Below are positions 51,775-64,000 of a DNA stretch of 64,000 nucleotides, piece by piece. The translations under genes and the position numbers were made by a program. Each line of letters opens with the position of its first letter. Position 1 is the stretch's first letter. This DNA is from Eledone cirrhosa (taxonomy: Eukaryota), in NCBI GenBank assembly GCA_964016885.1, contig OZ024742.1, positions 236,158,001 through 236,222,000 on the forward strand, read 5' to 3'. Below the pieces are notes generated by a model. That model was not told the DNA's origin. It saw nothing but the letters and a program-made list of their open reading frames with translations, and ran no database searches.

Positions 51775-52277
51775 TATAATGATACATGACATACCCTGAG
51801 ATGTTAAATGGTTAAGATTTAATCAAGGTAGTAATATTATATATATCATCATCATCATCATCATCATCGTTTAACGTCCATCTTCCACGCTTGCATGGGT
51901 TTGGACGGGAGTTTTCCCACTTGAGGCAAGATTGGTTGTCCTGCTCGTATAGGACTAATATATATATATATATATATACACAGATACATTGTAAGTCGCT
52001 TTAACCTGTCTTTTATTATTCAAAAAACTTCTTGCCAATAAACATTAACCCTTTGTGCGCCATTCATCTAACTGTAGACCAACAAATACCAACTAAACGG
52101 AGCGTTGACAAGAACGATAGTAAATGAATCTTCGAGGTAAGCACTTTCCCCCCGAGCTATTAGTTTACGCGGGATTCTTTGCTACACCTTTTCGTAATAA
52201 TACAAAACAACGTACTGCTGGTCACTCCTTCCTCCCAAAGCCGTACAAAGCATCTCTCTCTCTCTCTCTCTCTCTCT

Positions 52278-52339
<62 letters not shown>

Positions 52340-52773
52340 ACAGATTAAAGTTTAAGCAAAGAATCGCTGCTTTCAACATTAACGGGATCTTCTGAAATTA
52401 AAAAATGTAATCTGTGAACACAGAAGTAAATATTTCGAGAAACGTTGCAAAGGAAAACAGGAAGACGATATTTTGGTTCGTGAAGACGTTCCCTGGTAAT
52501 GAAAGGGAAAAAAGCGAGGATAATACGTCGTTATGTGGACCGAAAAGAACAATTTCATGCAAAGACAAGACCAAGTTTATGGTATAAATGGAGTCGTTAG
52601 ACTAATATTCTATTTAAAATAACCGAATGATTTCCAGCCCCGGAGTTTAAGAATGATGTAAATAAAATTGAAAACAAAAATGACAGAGGTTATTAAAATA
52701 GTAAAAGTAAATAGTGAAGATTTAGGCCAGTACATACGTATGCCCCGACGGACATACACATACATATACATAG

Positions 52774-52869
<96 letters not shown>

Positions 52870-52870
<1 letters not shown>

Positions 52871-53317
52871 TATGTGTGTGTGTGTAAACCTTATGCATTT
52901 CTACAGTATTTTCACCAAACTTAAGACATAGGTTACTTATGTACTCCGGATGGTCATGGGCACTTTCATTTTTCCAGATATTTTATTATAGGGCCTCCCG
53001 GCAGATAACCCCCTTCAACCGCTTCCTTGGAGTCGACTGAAGCACTGCAATGCAACACAACAAAACGTCATAACTTCTGGAGTTCGCAACCGATTTTCAC
53101 AAAACTTGACACATGGGCTACGTTTGTTCTACAGATGAATGCGAACTCTCAGAATTGGCACACATTGAGTAGGGGACCCCTGGGGGCAGGAACCCCCTTT
53201 TGGAAAAAGCCGATGATTTTGTAAAAGTATAGTTTTCGAAGCAGCACTGAAGTATTGACATAAATGGTATACATAACTGCTATTTAATACCCGAGCAGCG
53301 CCGGGTACCTCTGCTAG
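52870..53317 (+). mobile_element. Non-autonomous Helitron-like 3' portion
   Basis: Ends CCCGAGCAGCGCCGGGTACCTCTGCTAG|T. Confidence 0.7.
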
Positions 53318-53344
53318 TATATATATATATATATATAATTATTT

Positions 53345-53627
53345 GTGGAAACCTCCGCATATTCGCGGCATCGTAAATATTTTTTTTATGGCTTTTTTTC
53401 GTGGCAATATATATATTTTTAACGCTAAATTATTAAAAACAATGTACCGTATTTGCCGGCCTATTTGAGCCTCTTCGCAAAAGACGCTCCTTCTTTTTTA
53501 AATATATTTTACGTTATATTTTAGCGTTTATAGGAATTTTTATGGACCATGTCCACTATTCGCAGTTTTTCACTCTTCACCGATGTTCTAGGAACATAAC
53601 CCCTGCGAATACCGGAGGACAACTGTA
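53345..53627. mobile_element. Possible pogo/Tigger-like MITE remnant
   Basis: Right end ..CCCTGCGAATACCGGAGGACAACTG|TA resembles a Tigger-type TIR with TA target; partial inverse CCTCCGCATATTCGCGG on the left. Confidence 0.4.
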
Positions 53628-54325
53628 TTAATAAAAGTCTGTTTTCGTGCAAGAAAACACATAAAAATAGGCGAAGATAGGATTACAGCTCAAATATGAG
53701 ATTTATCACTAAACCATTCAGACAAGCTAAATACAATTTAGGTTTGAGTTGTATGAAATCCATGTTTGAAAATATTTAAGTAACACTATCTAACTCTCAG
53801 AGCAAAAATATTATAATATAAAAGACCAAAACAGTTAATTATATATCATTTCAATTAATTTACGACCGTTTCATCGATATTTTGAGTAGATAAATAATTA
53901 ATTACTAATTAATTAATTATGAAAATATAAATTAGTTGTTACCTCGAAAAAGTCAACATGAGCACAAGGGTTAAGATTTAGCGTAATGAGATAAACATTG
54001 GTATTGAAGTGGGTACTCAAGCAAACAGCTTAAATATCTTAAGTTTAAAAAAAATACAGGTAAAAAATATACATACTTGTGCATATATATGCCCACACGT
54101 ATATATGCAAATATATATACATATATATACACACAAAACCACACACACATATATATATATACGCAAATACACACTCACACGTAATATATATAAAAGACAT
54201 ACACACATATATATATTGTACACATATACATGTAAATATATATATACACATACATATACATACACATACACATACACACACATATACATATATAAATACA
54301 TACATATATATAAATAAAAACATAA

Positions 54326-54361
<36 letters not shown>

Positions 54362-54482
54362 GCACACACGCATTCACAAGTACACGTATATATATATATT
54401 CACGTATATATATATATTCACAAGTACACGTATATATACACATTTATACACGTATTCAAACAATCAAATATACAATCACAAA

Positions 54483-54560
<78 letters not shown>

Positions 54561-54564
54561 AATA

Positions 54565-56105
<1,541 letters not shown>

Positions 56106-56222
56106 TATATATATATATATATATATACATATATACATAAATATAGAATTATTCACAAACACACATAGGCACACACACACACACATAGGCACACACACAC
56201 ACACACACACACAGAGACACAG

Positions 56223-56264
<42 letters not shown>

Positions 56265-56269
<5 letters not shown>

Positions 56270-56456
56270 AACAAGTAAGACCCCGACGGCTGAGCTCAAG
56301 CCGTTTCGACGGCTAATTCAGTCCAGAATTAGCCGTCGAAACGGCTTGAGCTCAGCCGTCGGGGTCTTACTTGTTCCTATTACCCACTCTACTACCCTAA
56401 GTATTGAGTACTTTGGTGCGTTATGGTCCACCTGGTTCCTTACCACATTTCCTTCG

Positions 56457-56460
<4 letters not shown>
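56265..56460 (+). mobile_element. Second H8 fold-back mini-element
   Basis: Palindrome 56265-56380 plus an 80-nt tail, (TA)n on both sides. Confidence 0.75.
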
Positions 56461-56501
<41 letters not shown>

Positions 56502-56559
56502 TAAATACACACATATATATATATACATACATAAATATATATATATATATACATACAGT

Positions 56560-60115
<3,556 letters not shown>

Positions 60116-60162
60116 TATGAGTTTCTCCCCACTTTGGTGGGTATTGCTTTACATCCCGCTGG

Positions 60163-60257
<95 letters not shown>

Positions 60258-60469
60258 GATATAAATGGGTAAGATAGCTTATATGATGATGATGATTATC
60301 ATCAGCATGGTCCCCTAACCGTTTTCGTGATCTTTGGGGCACTGCATTATTGAACTTTGCACCAACTGCTTCCAACTCTGACGGTGATGGGCGAGTACTT
60401 GGATTGTGGCAAAGTTCTTATATGATAAACATTAAAATAATGCATTCGAACATAATTATACAAACACAC

Positions 60470-61320
60470 CTATATCTGTATATAGGTATGTAATATTGCA
60501 CCAACGTGTACACACATATTCGCAAGACAGAAAATCCGAATGATGGGTGTATATACCCATTAAATATATGTTTCCTTGTGGTTGGTTTGATGTTATCAAC
60601 GTCTTCTCTGGTGAGGAGACCAATTAGATAAGAAAATCAATTAAACATGTTTATCATTATTTTCAATTTACAGAAAAAATTGGTATATTCTGGCATGTTT
60701 AGAATTTCCATATTAGATATGTGTATATATTTATACACGTTGGTGCAGTCTCGGTTACACACTCTGTATTCATACAGATATAACATCATCATACACTTCA
60801 GTTGCTAACACACCTATTACTATACATCTGGCAGAATCGGTAGAGGGTTGTACACCATGCTTTGCAGCCTAGAGTTACGGCTCTTCACGGTTTGAGTTCA
60901 AATCCCGCCGAGGTTAACTTTGTCTTTCAACCTTATGGGGTCGATAAAATAAAGTAGCAGTAATGTACTGGGGTTGTTGCTGGCCTTGTGCCAAAAGCAG
61001 AAACAATTATTAATTAACAACACGAGTGCAAATTATATAAAAAATTTGTACGCCCATTTCAAAATAATATTAAGAGCGAACGGACATATATACCCATCAA
61101 TACATGTTTCCTTGTAGTTAAAGGATGATATACACCTCTTCTGATGAGGGTCCAATTAGGCCCGAAAATCGATTAAAGATGTTTACCATTTTTTCAATTT
61201 ATAAGAAAATTCATATTTTTTGGCATCTTTACATGCTACATATTAGATATGTGTATATATTTATATATACTTGCTGGTGCAAGTCACGATTATACACTCT
61301 GTATTTATACAGATATAATT
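60470..61320 (+). mobile_element. Tandem hammerhead-bearing repeat (H6), two diverged units plus a short inverted piece
   Basis: 60548-60785 aligns with 61085-61320; 60475-60515 is the inverse of the unit end; a Nin-SINE is inserted at 60828-61010. Confidence 0.7.
61134..61182 (+). ncRNA. Minimal type I hammerhead ribozyme, complete core (H6)
   Basis: TCTT-CTGATGA-GGGTC-CAATTA-GGCCC-GAAA-ATCGAT-TA-AAGA. Confidence 0.85.
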
Positions 61321-61417
61321 TTAACATATATATGTGTTGTGTGTATGTATGTGTGTGTGTGCGTGTGCGTGTGTGTATGTGTGTGTCTGTGTGTGTCCGT
61401 GTGTGTGTGTGTGTGTA

Positions 61418-61604
61418 TATCCCAGGTTCAATCTGGTGTAATCACAGTAAGTAAAGTACTCAATACAAAGCAGCGGATAAATATTTAATATAGAAATGAT
61501 TTCTACAGGACTAGAACTGTTTCATTCGAAGGAAATCATCAGGAAAGCCTTGATGATTTCCTTCGAATGAAACAGTTTTAGTCCTGTAGAAACCATTTCT
61601 TTAT

Positions 61605-61611
<7 letters not shown>
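61418..61611 (-). mobile_element. Fold-back mini-element with hammerhead-like core on both arms (H7)
   Basis: Palindrome 61481-61611; each arm reads (C/T)TGATGA-TTTCCTTCGAAT-GAAA-CAGTT.-TA-GTCC; longer left arm. Confidence 0.65.
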
Positions 61612-61673
<62 letters not shown>

Positions 61674-61686
61674 GTATATATATATG

Positions 61687-61773
<87 letters not shown>

Positions 61774-61802
61774 TAAAATAAGAGATTAAAGTTTATTATT
61801 AT

Positions 61803-61842
<40 letters not shown>

Positions 61843-61940
61843 ATACATTAACACAGCCATACACTCTCGCCGTTCCCTGTAAATAATGTGCTTTATTGAT
61901 AGCGCACTGTATCTCCCTCTAGTGTGTTACCTTTTCAACG

Positions 61941-62001
<61 letters not shown>

Positions 62002-62030
62002 ATCAAAAGATGGTTAAAGGAGTTCCATGT

Positions 62031-62098
62031 ATTTTATTATGCGCATTTCAAAAACAAACATCATCATGCAATAATATTTGTGTTTTCATCAGATAAAA
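62031..62098 (-). ncRNA. Second H4 hammerhead (repeat 61998-62222)
   Basis: Minus strand: TTTTAT-CTGATGA-AAAC-ACAAATATTATT-GCAT-GATGATGTTTGT-TTTT-GAAA-TGCGCA-TA-ATAAAA. Confidence 0.8.
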
Positions 62099-62219
62099 CA
62101 GGAGAACATGATATGAAGGCTAAAAAACACTTGTGGATAGTGCAGTTTTATTGTACTACAATAAAACTCACCTCCTACAATAAAACTCACTTTATTGTAC
62201 TACAATAAAACTCACCTCC

Positions 62220-62261
<42 letters not shown>

Positions 62262-62432
62262 AAATAACAGATTAAAGTTTAAGCAAAGAATCGCTTAAGG
62301 GTGAAAGCACCGATTCTTTGCTTAAACTTTAATCTTTTATTTTAATAAATATTGCTCTACGGTTTTTATATATGATATATATTTATCCTTATCGAGCCCT
62401 CTTTGGATTTTAGTCTTCAAATTTATTATTAT

Positions 62433-62468
<36 letters not shown>

Positions 62469-62482
62469 TTCGTTTTTTATAC

Positions 62483-62566
<84 letters not shown>

Positions 62567-62634
62567 TATGTATGTATATATACATAGATATATATGCATC
62601 TGTATTATATACATACATATATGTGTGCGCGTTC

Positions 62635-62666
<32 letters not shown>

Positions 62667-62808
62667 CAAAGCAATCCACACTATTACATACATGTGTACA
62701 CACGCATCATCATCCATTTCTTCTTCAAAAAATATTTATTAAAATGAAAAATCTTTAAAAAATATATTGTAATACGTATTTAAATATTTTAGATATATTT
62801 ATTCATTA

Positions 62809-63656
62809 CTAGCAGTGGTACCCGGCGTTGCACGGGATAAGGTATTTTGGAACGCGGGCCGCTAAAAAACCTAAAAACTGCATGCCGGGACAATATGTAA
62901 AGAAAATAAACCGAATACTCTGATGGCTGGATAATCTTTAAGATTTTCCTCGATGAAGGAGGAAAAATGCAGGTTTTCACTAGGGGATCAAGGAAAGGAA
63001 TTTTTTTTATGTGCATAATATGCCCTGAAATTTCGTGATAATCGGCTAGACGTAACGCCCCCCCAAAAGCCCTAAGAAGCTGAAAAATGAAGTTTTTCAC
63101 CTAATGCAGGCCCTAGGCCATAAGGTATGAAGAGACTGACTAATACATAAGGTATGAAGAGACTGACTAATACATAGTTACAATTTCAAGTAAATCGGTC
63201 TGATGTAACGCCTCAATAAACCCCTAAAAATGTTAAACAACGCAGTTTTTCACCTAATGCGGGCCCTAGGAGATTAAAAAAAATTGAATTTTATGTGCAT
63301 AACACTCCCTGAAACATAAGTAATACACATGTAAAGTTTGAAAAAAATCGGTTGGGTACTTCTCGAGTTTTAGGGATTCAAACTCACACACACACACAGA
63401 CAGATATTATAAGGGCGCGACGTTATAAGTATGTATCTATCTAAAAAGAGAAAGACTAAGAATTATAGAGCGAGATCGTTAAATCGCCTAATGTGGTCCC
63501 TGGGCATAGAAAATTTGAAATTTTCTTTGCTCAGAACACTCCCTGAAACATAAGTATTACATGTGTAAAGTTTGAAAACAGTCGGTTGGGTGGTTCTCGA
63601 GTTTTAGGGATTCGAACTCACACACACACAGACATCCTCAGTTTTATATATATAGA
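62809..63656 (-). mobile_element. Non-autonomous Helitron-like element, same family as 24419-25939
   Basis: Minus strand begins TCTATATATATAAAACTGAGG and ends CCCGTGCAACGCCGGGTACCACTGCTAG; A|T insertion site. Confidence 0.85.
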
Positions 63657-64000
63657 TATTCGTACATATGTACAAACACACACAAATGTGTATCTATATA
63701 TATATATATATATAATACATATACGTACATTATATATATATATATATATATTAAAATAACATTAAGGTTTAAGCAAAGAATCGTTACTTTCACCCTTATC
63801 GAGCCCTCTCTGGATTTTAGTCTTCAAATTTATTATTATTACTATATATATATATCTTATATATATATATATATATATTTACAAACTTATATGCATGTGT
63901 ATATATATATATATTTATATATATATTTATATATATGTGTATATATATATATATTTATATATATATATATTTATATATGATTATAATACACATGTATATA

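Overview
This is AT-rich, repeat-saturated eukaryotic DNA, most likely from an octopod cephalopod. That call is inferred from Nin-domain and Meta/V-domain tRNA-SINEs resembling octopus families, TTAGGG repeats and dense (TA)n/(CA)n tracts. No intact host protein-coding gene is recognisable: the ORF track consists of microsatellite or telomere-repeat artefacts and decayed retroelement fragments. The left 27 kb is a decaying tRNA-Pro cluster of about 17 copies, only two of which look intact. It is built from divergent TGG(-)/AGG(+) pairs with a conserved spacer of about 375 bp. Three of the five pairs are disrupted: two by CRE-clade non-LTR retrotransposons and one by an ~8 kb degenerate interstitial (CCCTAA)n array that replaces a tRNA-Pro(AGG) gene and abuts its last three bases. 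The rest holds decayed R4/Dong, Tx1/L1, RTE and Penelope-like retroelements, non-autonomous Helitrons and SINEs. The main hidden signal is a dense set of type I hammerhead ribozyme motifs from about ten unrelated short repeat families lying in or near (TA)n tracts. These include a 323-bp ORF-less tandem monomer with an upstream octamer (retrozyme/circRNA candidate) and fold-back elements whose arms appear to be generated anew at each insertion. All coordinates and pairings were read by eye; element ends are approximate unless a junction is quoted.
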